Shown: piece by piece, positions 1 to 10,014 of the stretch
Layout of the letters: each line of letters begins with the position of its first letter
How positions within the stretch are numbered: the first letter of the stretch is position 1
Origin: Gammaproteobacteria bacterium
GTDB taxonomy: Bacteria > Pseudomonadota > Gammaproteobacteria > GCA-001735895
DNA: 64,000 nucleotides
Direction: 5' to 3'
Assembly (NCBI GenBank): GCA_030066085.1
Contig: JASJCI010000031.1
Span: 39,626-103,625 of the forward strand
Made by a program: the position numbers and the translations under genes
Notes under the pieces: model-generated
Database searches by the model: none
What the model saw: only the letters and a program-made list of their open reading frames with translations
Told to the model about the DNA's origin: nothing

Positions 1-64
1 TTGCATCCATAAATTACGCAATAAACAGGGGATCAAACACTTTATTAGTGCGTATAATGCACGA

Positions 65-970
65 ATGCAGCTCGAATCCCTGCAGCTTTTCGTCGAAGTC
101 ATGCGTTATGGCAACTTTGCCGATGTCGCCCGGGCCCACGGGGTCGCGCCATCGTCGGTATCGCGCAGCATCGCCGCACTCGAGCGCGATCTCGGGGCAC
201 GCCTGTTCCAGCGCAGCACCCGGCGGCTCACGCCCACCGAGGCCGCAGCGGTTTTTTACCATCGCCTGCAGCCGGCACTGCGTGAAATCGAATCTGCGCG
301 CGCGGCCGCCGGCGACCTGCAGCGCGAAGTCAGCGGTACTCTGCGCGTGTCGGCACCGGCGGCGTTCGCCAACAGCGCCATCGTGCCGCTGTTGCCGGAA
401 TTCGCCGCGCTCTATCCGCAACTGGGTCTCGACCTGGAGATTTCGGATCGTTTCGTCGACCTGCTGGAGGAGCGCATAGACGTCGCGATTCGCCTCGGCT
501 CGCTGCCGGACTCGAACCTCGTCGCCCGGCGACTTGCGCAAATGTCTTTCCAGGTATGCGCGAGCCCTGACTACCTGCGCCGCCGCGGCGTACCGCAAGT
601 GCCCGCCGACATTGCCGCTCACGACTGCCTGTTGTTTCCGCGCGTCGGCTACGACCTGGACTGGCTGTTCCGCGACAGCGGGGGCGAGGTCGAAAAGGTT
701 CGTATCGAGGGCCGTATCCAGATCGCCAACTCGGCCGCGATCCTCAGCTGCGCCATCGCGGGCATGGGTCTCGCCCTGCTGCCGGACTGGCTGCTGCGCG
801 ACGCACTGGCAACCGGTCGGCTGCAGGCACTGTTCGCCGACTACGAGGTCAGCGCCACCGATTTCGACAGCGCGGTCTGGATCCTGTACCCTTCGCGCTC
901 CTACCTGCCGCAGAAAACCCGCGTTTTCGTCGATTTTCTCGGCGAGCGTTACGCCACCCGACCCGCATGA
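65..970 (+). CDS. LysR-family transcriptional regulator
   Basis: N-terminal wHTH (LQLFVEVMRYGNFADVARAHGVAPSSVSRSIAALE) plus LysR substrate-binding domain; 301 aa. Confidence 0.85.
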   Translation: MQLESLQLFVEVMRYGNFADVARAHGVAPSSVSRSIAALERDLGARLFQRSTRRLTPTEAAAVFYHRLQPALREIESARAAAGDLQREVSGTLRVSAPAAFANSAIVPLLPEFAALYPQLGLDLEISDRFVDLLEERIDVAIRLGSLPDSNLVARRLAQMSFQVCASPDYLRRRGVPQVPADIAAHDCLLFPRVGYDLDWLFRDSGGEVEKVRIEGRIQIANSAAILSCAIAGMGLALLPDWLLRDALATGRLQALFADYEVSATDFDSAVWILYPSRSYLPQKTRVFVDFLGERYATRPA

Positions 971-1470
971 CGCCGAGCACCGCACCGCCGAGATCAATTA
1001 CCGAGATCAAGACCACCCTCGACGGCCGTGAAAAACGTTTCGACTGCGAACTGCTGTCGCTCGCTCCGCCGCGCGAATGCGTGGTGATCTACCGCCTGCC
1101 CGCGGAGGTAGAGGTCGAGGATCTCCTGCTGCCGGCCGGCACGGTCAGCCTCGGCTACTTCTGGCAGCAGAAACCGTTCAACCTGTACCAGTGGGTGGAC
1201 GACAACGCCGATACGCTCGCGTTATACTTCAATATCTGCGATAAGACCCGTATCCACGAAGACCGGATCGCCTGGCGCGACCTTTGTGTCGACGTGCTGC
1301 TGACACCCGACCTGCGATGCCGGGTGCTGGATGAAGAGGAATTGCCCGATGACATCGATCCGGCGCTGCGCGCCTACATCGACTCCGCCCGCGACCATCT
1401 CGGCGCCGACCCGGCGCACCTGTTCGCGGCCTTTGCCGCGCGTGGCCGCCGGCTGCTCGGCGGGAGTTGA
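967..1470 (+). CDS. DUF402-family protein (FomD-like putative nucleoside di/triphosphatase fold)
   Basis: 167 aa; motif block YFWQQKPFNLYQW...ALYFNICDKT...WRDLCVDVLLTPD...VLDEEEL resembles DUF402; start overlaps LysR stop by 4 nt. Confidence 0.45.
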   Translation: MTPSTAPPRSITEIKTTLDGREKRFDCELLSLAPPRECVVIYRLPAEVEVEDLLLPAGTVSLGYFWQQKPFNLYQWVDDNADTLALYFNICDKTRIHEDRIAWRDLCVDVLLTPDLRCRVLDEEELPDDIDPALRAYIDSARDHLGADPAHLFAAFAARGRRLLGGS

Positions 1471-2111
1471 ACATGCCGCTTGAAATCTGGCTTGCCTACG
1501 TCGCCACCAGCGCGGTGGTGCTGGCGATCCCGGGACCGACGATCCTGCTGGTGCTGAGCTACTCGATCGCGCACGGCCGCCAGGCCACGCTGCCGCTGGT
1601 AGCCGGCGTTGCCCTCGGTGATGCGGTCGCGATTACGCTATCGCTGATCGGCCTCGGCACGCTGCTCGCGGCGTCGGCCTTCTGGTTTACCGTGATCAAG
1701 TGGATCGGCGGGCTCTACCTGATTTACCTCGGTATCGCGCTGCTGCGCGGAGTGCGCAAGCCGATGCAGCTCGAGGCCGAGGCGGGCAAAGCGTCGACGC
1801 CACGCAAGCTTTTCGGCAATGCATTCATCGTTACCGCGCTCAATCCCAAGAGCATCGTATTCTTCATCGCGCTGCTGCCGCAGTTCATCGCCGCCGGCCA
1901 CCCGGTGACGCCGCAGCTGTGGATCCTCGGCATCACCTTCGTCGTCCTGGCGACGATCGGCGCAACCAGCTACGCGCTGTTCGCGGCCACCATTCGCCGC
2001 TTCCTGCGCACGCGCCGCGCGCAGCAGGCCTACGGCCTGCTTGGTGGCGGACTGCTGTGCGGCGCGGGCGCCTGGGCGCTCAGCGCTCGCCGGGTAGTGG
2101 AACAGGCATGA
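1467..2111 (+). CDS. LysE/RhtB-family amino acid exporter
   Basis: 214 aa, 6 predicted TM segments, N-terminal AIPGPTILLVLSYSIAHG signature of LysE translocators. Confidence 0.8.
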   Translation: MNMPLEIWLAYVATSAVVLAIPGPTILLVLSYSIAHGRQATLPLVAGVALGDAVAITLSLIGLGTLLAASAFWFTVIKWIGGLYLIYLGIALLRGVRKPMQLEAEAGKASTPRKLFGNAFIVTALNPKSIVFFIALLPQFIAAGHPVTPQLWILGITFVVLATIGATSYALFAATIRRFLRTRRAQQAYGLLGGGLLCGAGAWALSARRVVEQA

Positions 2112-2236
2112 CGAAGCGCAGTTTCGCCTTGCTCACGTGCCTGTGCCTGCTGGCCGCGCTCGCCGGCTGCGGCAACAAGGGGCCACTGGAACTGCCGCAA
2201 GAAGAAACCGAAAAACGCGCGCGCGGCGCTAACTGA
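2108..2236 (+). CDS. small lipoprotein (LptM/LppL-like) preceding lysA
   Basis: 42 aa; signal peptide with lipobox LAGC (MTKRSFALLTCLCLLAALAGCGNKGPLELPQEE); conserved position upstream of lysA-dapF as in Pseudomonas lppL and E. coli yifL-dapF. Confidence 0.6.
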   Translation: MTKRSFALLTCLCLLAALAGCGNKGPLELPQEETEKRARGAN

Positions 2237-2237
2237 C

Positions 2238-3485
2238 GTGGACCACTTCGAATACCAGGACGGCGAACTCCGCTGCGAGCAAGTGCCGATCAGGACGCTG
2301 GCGGAGCATTACGGCACGCCGTTGTTCGTTTACTCGCGCGCGACCCTCGAACGCCACTGGCACGCGTTCGACCAGGCCCTGGCCGGGCACGACCACCTCG
2401 TCTGCTACGCCGTCAAGGCCAACTCGAACCTGGCAATCCTGAACCTGCTGGCGCGCCTCGGCTCCGGCTTCGATATCGTCTCCGGCGGTGAGCTGCAGCG
2501 CGTGTTGCGCGCCGGCGGCGATCCCGCGCGCATCGTCTTCTCCGGTGTCGGCAAGCTGGCCGACGAAATCGAGGCCGCGCTCGAGGCCGGCATTCTCTGT
2601 TTCAACGTGGAGTCTTCGGCCGAGCTCGAACGCATCGATGCGATTGCAGGTCGGCACGGCGTGCGCGCGCCGGTGTCGTTCCGCGTCAATCCCGATGTCG
2701 ACGCCAAGACGCATCCCTACATATCCACCGGCCTGCGCGAGAACAAGTTCGGTGTCGCCTTTGCCGAGGCCGAGGCCGTCTATCGAAGGGCGACCCAGCT
2801 CGAACACATCGATGTCATCGGTATGGATTGCCACATCGGCTCGCAGCTGACCGAGATGTCACCGTATATCGACGCGCTCGATCGCCTGCTCGAACTGATC
2901 GAGCGCCTGCGCGATCACGGCATCCTGATCAGCCACCTCGATCTCGGTGGCGGGCTCGGCATTCGCTACCGCGACGAGCAGCCGCCGCTGCCGGCCGAGT
3001 GGGCCAGCACCCTGCAGGCGCACCTCGAGCGTTTCGACGGCACCGTGCTGATCGAACCCGGGCGCGCGATCGCCGGCAATGCCGGCATCCTGGTCACCCG
3101 TGTCAACTACCTCAAGCACTCGCCGGACAAGAACTTCGCCGTGGTCGACGCCGCGATGAACGACCTGATCCGGCCGTCGCTGTACGGCGCCTGGCAGGAA
3201 ATCATCCGGGTCGACGCCGATAGCGATGCCGAGGAGGGGATTTACGACGTGGTCGGCGCTATCTGCGAATCGAGCGATTTTCTCGGCAAGGACCGCGAGC
3301 TGCGTCTTGCCGCGGACGACCTGCTGGCGGTGCGGTCGAGCGGGGCTTACGCCTTCGGCATGGCGTCGAACTACAATACCCGCCCGCGTGCCGCCGAGGT
3401 GCTGGTGGACGGCGATCGGCACTACTGCGTGCGGGAACGCGAACGCTTCGATGACCTGGTGCGCGGAGAAAACCTGCTGCCGTGA
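2238..3485 (+). CDS. lysA: diaminopimelate decarboxylase
   Basis: 415 aa PLP fold-III decarboxylase; conserved motifs (YAVKAN, GGGLGI, CESSD) and operon context with dapF. Confidence 0.9.
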   Translation: MDHFEYQDGELRCEQVPIRTLAEHYGTPLFVYSRATLERHWHAFDQALAGHDHLVCYAVKANSNLAILNLLARLGSGFDIVSGGELQRVLRAGGDPARIVFSGVGKLADEIEAALEAGILCFNVESSAELERIDAIAGRHGVRAPVSFRVNPDVDAKTHPYISTGLRENKFGVAFAEAEAVYRRATQLEHIDVIGMDCHIGSQLTEMSPYIDALDRLLELIERLRDHGILISHLDLGGGLGIRYRDEQPPLPAEWASTLQAHLERFDGTVLIEPGRAIAGNAGILVTRVNYLKHSPDKNFAVVDAAMNDLIRPSLYGAWQEIIRVDADSDAEEGIYDVVGAICESSDFLGKDRELRLAADDLLAVRSSGAYAFGMASNYNTRPRAAEVLVDGDRHYCVRERERFDDLVRGENLLP

Positions 3486-4315
3486 AGCTGCGTTTCGCCA
3501 AGATGCACGGCCTCGGTAACGATTTCATGGTGATCGACGCGGTGCGCCAGTCCTTCGCGCCGCGCCCCGAGCTGGTGCGTCGCTGGGCCGACCGCTTCGC
3601 CGGCGTCGGTTTCGACCAGCTGCTGCTGATCGAAACGCCGCGCGGCGACGAGGCCGAGTTTCGTTACCGCATCTTCAACGCCGATGGCGGCGAGGTGGCG
3701 CAATGCGGTAACGGCGCCCGCTGCTTCGCGCGCTTCGTGCGCGAGCAAGGCCTCAGCGACAGCGACGTGATCCCGGTCGAGACCAATACCGGCCTGTTGC
3801 GCCTCGAGCTCGTCGACCAGGCCCGCGTGCGGGTCGACATGGGACAGCCGCGCTTCGAGCCGGCCGAGATACCGTTGCGCGAAGACCGGCGACGCGACCT
3901 CTATATCACCGAATACGACGGGCGCGAGATCAGTTTCAGCGCACTGTCGGTGGGTAACCCGCACATGGTGATCCCGGTCGATGATGTCGATACCGCCGAG
4001 GTCGAAAAAATCGGTGCTTATTTCGAAGGCCACCCGATGTTTCCCGAGCGGGCCAATATCGGCTTTATGCAGGTGCTGGACCCCGAACACTTTCGCCTGC
4101 GGGTATTCGAGCGCGGCGTCGGCGAAACCCGGGCCTGCGGCAGCGGCGCCTGCGCGGCGATGGTGGCCGGCGTTCAGCTGGGTCTGCTGCACGAGCGCGC
4201 CTGCGGCCAGTTGACCGGCGGTGAACTCATTCTGGAATGGCAAGGCGAGTCAAAGCCCGTTATGATGACCGGCGATACGGCAATGGTTTACCGGGGTGAA
4301 ATCGAATATGACTGA
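3482..4315 (+). CDS. dapF: diaminopimelate epimerase
   Basis: 277 aa; MHGLGNDFMVID and catalytic Cys motifs (GNGARC, ACGSGA). Confidence 0.9.
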   Translation: MKLRFAKMHGLGNDFMVIDAVRQSFAPRPELVRRWADRFAGVGFDQLLLIETPRGDEAEFRYRIFNADGGEVAQCGNGARCFARFVREQGLSDSDVIPVETNTGLLRLELVDQARVRVDMGQPRFEPAEIPLREDRRRDLYITEYDGREISFSALSVGNPHMVIPVDDVDTAEVEKIGAYFEGHPMFPERANIGFMQVLDPEHFRLRVFERGVGETRACGSGACAAMVAGVQLGLLHERACGQLTGGELILEWQGESKPVMMTGDTAMVYRGEIEYD

Positions 4316-5015
4316 AGTGTCGGCGGAATCGCAGGCCAAGGACGGAGACGAGGAAGAAGCCCGCGTCATCCGCTATTTGCAGCAAAATCCCGAGGTCATG
4401 ATGCAGCACCCCGAGATTTTCTCGCAGCTGACCATTCCCCACCTGACCGGCGGCGCTACCTCGCTGGTCGAACGCCAGCTCAAAATGCTGCGCGACGAGA
4501 ACGCCGCACTCAAGTCCAAGATCGAGGAACTGGTCGGCATCGCGCGCGAAAACGAGGACCTGAACCAGCGCTTTCACCGGCTCGCGCTCGAACTGATGCA
4601 CACCGACCAGCTGCACGACGTGCTGGCGATGGTGCAGGACCAGGTGCAAACCTTCTTTTATACCGACTTCGTCTGCTTTCGCTTCCTGCCGGGTGTCGGT
4701 GGCGATAACAGCCTGCTGGACGGCCTCTACCTCGACGCCAGAAGCGGCATCGTCGACAGCGTCAAACCCTGGATCGAAGCCCGTCGGCCGGTCTGCGGCC
4801 GCCAGGACGACAAGATCAACCGCGAACTTTTCGGCGCCGACATTCGCGTCGGTTCGAGCGCGCTGATACCGCTCTATCACACCAGCGACCTCGGCCTGCT
4901 TTGTCTCGGCAGCGGCAGCAGCGAGCGATTCGGCCTGGCCATGGGTACTATTTTCCTGCAGCAACTCGGCGACCTGGTCAGCAACCGCCTGAAGAACTTG
5001 CTGCAGGCGGAGTAA
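4296..5015 (+). CDS. DUF484-family protein (YigA-like)
   Basis: 239 aa; conserved location between dapF and xerC; N-terminal coiled coil and GAF-like C-terminus typical of DUF484. Confidence 0.75.
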   Translation: MKSNMTEVSAESQAKDGDEEEARVIRYLQQNPEVMMQHPEIFSQLTIPHLTGGATSLVERQLKMLRDENAALKSKIEELVGIARENEDLNQRFHRLALELMHTDQLHDVLAMVQDQVQTFFYTDFVCFRFLPGVGGDNSLLDGLYLDARSGIVDSVKPWIEARRPVCGRQDDKINRELFGADIRVGSSALIPLYHTSDLGLLCLGSGSSERFGLAMGTIFLQQLGDLVSNRLKNLLQAE

Positions 5016-5020
5016 CGGCC

Positions 5021-5935
5021 GTGCGGGATGATCTGGACGACTACATCCAGATGCTGCGCGCCGAGAAATACTACTCCCCCCACACCTGCGCAAACTATCG
5101 TCGCGACCTCGAACGATTTCTCGAGTTTGTCGATGCCCGCGAAATCGACGCCTGGTCCCGGGTGCAGCACAACGATGTCGCCGCCTACGCGGCCGGGCGC
5201 CACCGCCAGGGTCGCAAGAGTCGCACGATCCAGCGCGAGCTATCCGCGATCCGCAGCTTCTACCAGTTCCTGATTCGCCAGCAGCGCGCGCAGCGCAACC
5301 CGGCACGCGACGTCGGCGCGCCGCGCGCGGACAAGCCCTTACCGAAAACATGCGACGCCGAAACCCTGGACCGCCTGCTGCAGCCGGGGCCTGGCGACGA
5401 TCCGTTACTGCTGCGCGACCTCGCGATCTTCGAGCTGATCTACTCGTCGGGCCTGCGGCTGGCCGAACTGGTCAACGCCGATATCGATCAACTCGATCTC
5501 GCCGCGAGCACGCTCAGGGTTACCGGCAAGGGTAACAAGACCCGCCAGCTGCCGGTTGGCGCCAAGGCTATCGCGGCGCTCGAACGCTGGTTGCGGCATC
5601 GCCCGGAATTCTGTCGCGACCCGCAGCAGCGCGCGCTGTTCCTGAGCCGGCGGGGCGAGCGTATTTCGACCCGCAACGTGCAGCGCCGGCTACTCGAACT
5701 GATTCGCCGGCGCGGCCTCGGCCAGCACCTGTCGCCGCACATGCTGCGCCATTCCTTCGCTACCCACATGCTCGAGTCGAGCGCCGACCTGCGCGCGGTA
5801 CAGGAGCTGCTCGGCCACGCCAATATCGCGACCACGCAGGTGTATACCCACCTCGACTTCCAGCACCTCGCACAGGTCTACGACGGCGCACATCCGCGCG
5901 CCCGGCGACAGAAGCCCCCGGATTCCCAGGAATAG
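5021..5935 (+). CDS. xerC: tyrosine site-specific recombinase XerC
   Basis: GTG start just after the DUF484 stop; R..HxxR..Y catalytic residues (RHSFATH...[14 protein letters not shown]); dapF-DUF484-xerC synteny. Confidence 0.85.
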   Translation: MRDDLDDYIQMLRAEKYYSPHTCANYRRDLERFLEFVDAREIDAWSRVQHNDVAAYAAGRHRQGRKSRTIQRELSAIRSFYQFLIRQQRAQRNPARDVGAPRADKPLPKTCDAETLDRLLQPGPGDDPLLLRDLAIFELIYSSGLRLAELVNADIDQLDLAASTLRVTGKGNKTRQLPVGAKAIAALERWLRHRPEFCRDPQQRALFLSRRGERISTRNVQRRLLELIRRRGLGQHLSPHMLRHSFATHMLESSADLRAVQELLGHANIATTQVYTHLDFQHLAQVYDGAHPRARRQKPPDSQE

Positions 5936-5970
5936 GCTTCGGCAAAGCCGGGAAGCCGGCGTCATTGCGG

Positions 5971-6012
5971 ACCCGAAGGACCCAGCTACCCGAAGGACCC
6001 AGCTACCCGAAG
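5971..6012. repeat. 17-bp tandem direct repeat ACCCGAAGGACCCAGCT x2.5
   Basis: seen directly: acccgaaggacccagct acccgaaggacccagct acccgaag, between xerC and hslV. Confidence 0.8.
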
Positions 6013-6116
6013 TGCACGAGTACCCGGAGGGCACTAGAGCGCGGCGAAGCATTCTCCCGCCCCGTGGCTCGCGCTCAGACCCGGACGACGAATATCGACC
6101 GCGACGACCCGAAGTG

Positions 6117-6144
6117 CTTGCATTTGAGGGTCGCGGCTATATAT
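6117..6144 (+). promoter_or_regulatory. putative sigma32-type heat-shock promoter of hslVU
   Basis: CTTGCA, then 14 nt, then CTATATAT; resembles CTTGAA-N13-15-CCCCATnT about 40 nt upstream of hslV. Confidence 0.3.
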
Positions 6145-6179
6145 CTTTCCGCCAAAGGCAGACAACCCGGGGCTATAGC

Positions 6180-6719
6180 TTGCAACAGTTCGACGGCACG
6201 ACGATTCTCTCCGTGCGCCGCGGCAACCGTGTCGTCATCGGTGGTGACGGCCAGGTCAGCCTCGGCAACACGATCATGAAGGGCAATGCGCGCAAGGTAC
6301 GCAGGCTCTACAAGGACCGGGTCATTGCCGGTTTTGCCGGCGGCACGGCCGACGCGTTCCTGCTGTTCGAACTGTTCGAGGGCAAGCTCGAACAGCATAA
6401 CGGCCAGATGACCCGTGCCGCGGTCGAGCTGGCAAAGGAGTGGCGCTCGGATCGTGCGCTGCGCCGCCTCGAGGCCCTGCTGTGCGTGGCCGATGCCACG
6501 GCGTCGTTGATCATCTCCGGTAACGGCGACGTGATCGAACCCGAGGACAGCCTGATGGCGGTGGGTTCGGGCGGCGCCTACGCGCAGGCCGCGGCCCGCG
6601 CGATGCTGGATACCACCGAACTCGACGCGCGCGAGATCGTCGAACGTGGCCTGCAAATCGCCGGCAGCATCTGCGTTTACACCAACCAGAACCACACTTT
6701 CGAAGAAATTAGCTACTAG
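6180..6719 (+). CDS. hslV: ATP-dependent protease subunit HslV
   Basis: strong identity to HslV ([10 protein letters not shown]...GGTADAF...SGNGDV...GSGG); only in-frame start close to the catalytic Thr is the TTG at 6180. Confidence 0.85.
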   Translation: MQQFDGTTILSVRRGNRVVIGGDGQVSLGNTIMKGNARKVRRLYKDRVIAGFAGGTADAFLLFELFEGKLEQHNGQMTRAAVELAKEWRSDRALRRLEALLCVADATASLIISGNGDVIEPEDSLMAVGSGGAYAQAAARAMLDTTELDAREIVERGLQIAGSICVYTNQNHTFEEISY

Positions 6720-6748
6720 TGGACAGCAAGTTGATCAACCAGTCGCCG

Positions 6749-8068
6749 ATGACCCCGCGTGAGATTACGCAGGAACTCGACAATCACATCATTGGCCAGG
6801 ACGACGCCAAGCGCTCGGTCGCGATTGCGCTGCGCAATCGCTGGCGTCGCCAGCAGGTCGCCGAAGAGCTGCGCAACGAAATCACGCCCAAGAATATCCT
6901 GATGATGGGACCGACCGGCGTCGGTAAAACCGAGATCGCCCGCCGGCTCGCACGCCTCGCCAACGCGCCGTTCATCAAGGTCGAGGCTACCAAGTTCACC
7001 GAGGTCGGTTACGTCGGCCGCGATGTCGAATCGATCATTCGCGACCTGGTGGACGTATCGGTCAAGCAAATGCGTGAAGCGGAGGTTGCGCGCGTGCGCC
7101 ATCGCGCCGAGGACGCCGCCGAGGAAAAGGTGCTCGACGCGCTGTTACCGCGGCCCAACGAATTCGCCGCGGAAGCCGACAGCGGCCAGGGCGAGGGTAC
7201 GCGGCAGAAATTCCGCAAGATGCTGCGCGAGGGCAAACTCGACGACCGTGAAATCGAGGTCGACCTGCAGATGCCCAACGTCGGCGTCGAGATCATGGCG
7301 CCGCCGGGCATGGAAGAGATGACCAACCAGCTGCAGGGGCTTTTTCAGAACTTCGGCGGTGGCAAGAGCCGCACCCGCAAGCTGCGCGTCGAGGACGCGC
7401 TCAAAATGCTGACCGACGAAGAAGCCGCCAAGCTGATCAACGAGGAAGAACTCAAGCTCACCGCGCTGGAAAACGCCGAGCAGAACGGCATCGTTTTCAT
7501 CGACGAAATCGACAAGGTCGCGCGGCGCCAGGAAACCAGCGGTGCCGACGTGTCGCGTGAAGGCGTGCAGCGCGATCTGCTGCCGCTGGTCGAGGGCTGC
7601 ACCGTGTCGACCAAGGCCGGCATGATCAAGACCGACCACATCCTGTTCATCGCCTCGGGCGCGTTCCACGTGTCCAAGCCCTCCGACCTGATCCCGGAAC
7701 TGCAGGGCCGCCTGCCGATCCGGGTCGAGCTGTCGGCGCTGACCGTTGAAGATTTCGTGCGCATCCTGCGTGAACCCAACGCTTCGCTGACCGAACAGTA
7801 CACCGCGCTGATGGAAACCGAGGGCGTCAGCCTCGAGTTCACCGACGACGGACTCGCGCGCATTGCGCAGGTGGCCTTCCAGGTCAACGAGAAACAGGAA
7901 AACATCGGCGCGCGCCGGCTGCATACCGTCATGGAGCGGTTGCTCGAAAAAGTCAGCTTCGAGGCCACCGACATGGTCGAGGAAAGCGTGACGATCGACG
8001 CCGCTTACGTCAACGAACATCTCGGCGAACTGTCGCTGGACGAAGACCTGTCGCAATACATACTCTGA
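6749..8068 (+). CDS. hslU: ATP-dependent protease ATPase subunit HslU
   Basis: MTPREI...[21 protein letters not shown], Walker A GPTGVGKT; ATG 6749 preferred over GTG 6719 by alignment to E. coli HslU. Confidence 0.9.
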   Translation: MTPREITQELDNHIIGQDDAKRSVAIALRNRWRRQQVAEELRNEITPKNILMMGPTGVGKTEIARRLARLANAPFIKVEATKFTEVGYVGRDVESIIRDLVDVSVKQMREAEVARVRHRAEDAAEEKVLDALLPRPNEFAAEADSGQGEGTRQKFRKMLREGKLDDREIEVDLQMPNVGVEIMAPPGMEEMTNQLQGLFQNFGGGKSRTRKLRVEDALKMLTDEEAAKLINEEELKLTALENAEQNGIVFIDEIDKVARRQETSGADVSREGVQRDLLPLVEGCTVSTKAGMIKTDHILFIASGAFHVSKPSDLIPELQGRLPIRVELSALTVEDFVRILREPNASLTEQYTALMETEGVSLEFTDDGLARIAQVAFQVNEKQENIGARRLHTVMERLLEKVSFEATDMVEESVTIDAAYVNEHLGELSLDEDLSQYIL

Positions 8069-8427
8069 TGAAACCAACCACGATCAACCTGCACAAGATC
8101 TCGCGCGTACTCGAACTGACCTTCGACGACGGTGCCCATTTCCGCCTGCCGGCCGAGTACCTGCGGGTTTACTCGCCGTCGGCCGAAGTCCAGGGCCACG
8201 CGCCGGGGCAGGAAGTGCTGCAGGTCGGCAAGGAAGACGTCGCGATCGAAAATATCGAACCGATCGGGCACTACGCGATCAAGCTGGTGTTCGACGATAA
8301 CCACGACTCCGGTATCTACAGCTGGTCTTACCTGCACGAACTCGGCAGCACCTACGAAGACCGCTGGCAAAACTACCTGCAACGACTCGAGGACGCCGGC
8401 CACAAGCGTAAAGCGGACGCCGGATAA
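8068..8427 (+). CDS. DUF971-family protein
   Basis: 119 aa; pattern LELTFDDG..F.LPAEYLRVYSPSAE typical of DUF971; follows hslU as in Pseudomonas. Confidence 0.7.
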   Translation: MKPTTINLHKISRVLELTFDDGAHFRLPAEYLRVYSPSAEVQGHAPGQEVLQVGKEDVAIENIEPIGHYAIKLVFDDNHDSGIYSWSYLHELGSTYEDRWQNYLQRLEDAGHKRKADAG

Positions 8428-8593
8428 CACGATCGTTGCGCAACCCGCGGCGTCGAAGCCATCTTCGCACCTCGTCGCGACAGCACAATTACCTCACTTC
8501 GGTGCCGGGCTCTTCGGGTCCGCAGTGACGAGTCACGCAGGCGGTCACGGCGTTTGAATGACGGGTGGGGCGGCTCGTGGTATCTTTGCCGCC

Positions 8594-9346
8594 ATGCAAA
8601 AAGACACGACCACCGATTTCGGTTACGAAGACATACCGGCCGACGAAAAGCAGGGCCGGGTCGGCGCGGTTTTCGATTCCGTGGCCGATCGTTACGACCT
8701 CATGAACGACGTCATGTCGTTCGGCATCCATCGCCTGTGGAAACGCTATACGCTCGAACTCTGCGGCCTGCGACCGGGACAGCATGTGCTCGACCTGGCC
8801 GGCGGTACCGGCGATCTCGCCTTGCAGCAGGCGCGCCGGGTAGGGCCCACGGGGCGGGTCGTGCTGGCCGACATCAACGCCGAGATGCTGGTTCGCGGTC
8901 GTGACCGGATGATCGACGCCGGCCTGGTCGCCAGTGTCGACAGCGTGTTGTGTAACGCCGAATCACTGCCGTTTGCCGACGCCAGCTTCGACCTGGTGAC
9001 GATTGCTTTCGGCCTGCGCAACGTCACCGACAAGGCCGCCGCACTGGCCTCGATGCAGCGGGTGCTCAAGCCCGGTGGACGCCTGTGCGTGCTGGAGTTC
9101 TCGCGCCCGCTGTGCGAGCCGCTGGAAAAAATCTACGACTTCTACTCGTTCCAGGTGCTGCCGCGACTCGGAGAACTGATCGCGCGGGACCGCGACAGTT
9201 ACCGCTACCTGGCCGAGTCGATCCGCCGTCACCCGGACCAGGAAACGCTGCGGCAAATGATCGCCGAGCAGGGCGGCTTCGACGAAGTGGAGGTGCACAA
9301 CCTCAGCGGCGGCATCGTCGCGCTGCACCGCGCGTTCAAGTACTAA
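8594..9346 (+). CDS. ubiE: ubiquinone/menaquinone C-methyltransferase UbiE
   Basis: near-colinear with E. coli UbiE ([29 protein letters not shown], ends ...[11 protein letters not shown]). Confidence 0.9.
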   Translation: MQKDTTTDFGYEDIPADEKQGRVGAVFDSVADRYDLMNDVMSFGIHRLWKRYTLELCGLRPGQHVLDLAGGTGDLALQQARRVGPTGRVVLADINAEMLVRGRDRMIDAGLVASVDSVLCNAESLPFADASFDLVTIAFGLRNVTDKAAALASMQRVLKPGGRLCVLEFSRPLCEPLEKIYDFYSFQVLPRLGELIARDRDSYRYLAESIRRHPDQETLRQMIAEQGGFDEVEVHNLSGGIVALHRAFKY

Positions 9347-9352
9347 CCAGCG

Positions 9353-10009
9353 ATGATCACCGCGGAGCGCTCCGGTGCCAGCCTGTTCGATTCGTTGCAA
9401 GACGGCATGCTGACCCTGGCCGAAATCAGCGCCAACCGGCTGCTCGGCTACGACGCCGAGGCGCTGGCCGGCTGCCAGGCGCTGCAGGGCCGCGTCATCG
9501 CGCTCGAAATTACCGACCTCGAGTTCGAGACCTACTGTCATCCAGGCGGCTGGGGCATCAGGCTGTCGCGCAATCCGCCGGCGCGCGCTGCGGACGCGCG
9601 CATTTCAGGTCGGCTCGCGGCACTGGTCGAGCTGGTGACCAGCGACGACCAGGCCGCAACCTCGATGCGCGAGCGCGTGCGCTTCGACGGCGATGTCGCG
9701 GTGGCGCAGAAACTGCAGCGGATAATGGCCGCGCTCGATATCGACTGGGAAGAAATTCTCGCCGACTACACCGGCGACCGGGTCGCGTTTCAACTGCACC
9801 GGAGCCTGCGCCGCCTCGGCGACCGGGTACGAAAAAATCTCGATTCGGTCCTGATGACCAGTAGCGAGTACCTGCGCGAGGAGGCGCGCCTGTCACCGAC
9901 CCAGACCGAATTCGACCAGTTCTCGGCCGGCGTGACCCGCACCAAGCACGACGTCGCCCGCAGCGAGGCGCGCCTGCAGGCGCTGCTCGATCGCCTCGAC
10001 GACGCCTGA
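9353..10009 (+). CDS. ubiJ: ubiquinone biosynthesis accessory factor UbiJ (SCP2 domain)
   Basis: 218 aa between ubiE and ubiB, the conserved ubiE-ubiJ-ubiB arrangement; SCP2-like N-terminal region. Confidence 0.7.
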   Translation: MITAERSGASLFDSLQDGMLTLAEISANRLLGYDAEALAGCQALQGRVIALEITDLEFETYCHPGGWGIRLSRNPPARAADARISGRLAALVELVTSDDQAATSMRERVRFDGDVAVAQKLQRIMAALDIDWEEILADYTGDRVAFQLHRSLRRLGDRVRKNLDSVLMTSSEYLREEARLSPTQTEFDQFSAGVTRTKHDVARSEARLQALLDRLDDA

Positions 10010-10014
10010 ACACA

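Noticed and set aside
14-997. 327-aa minus-strand ORF
   Set aside because: Fully antisense to the well-supported LysR gene; Arg/Ala-rich composition typical of spurious ORFs in GC-rich DNA.
4260-5351. 363-aa minus-strand ORF
   Set aside because: Antisense to DUF484 and xerC; Arg-rich, low complexity.
7145-8077. 310-aa minus-strand ORF (plus 7345..7974 and others)
   Set aside because: Antisense to hslU; no domain signatures.
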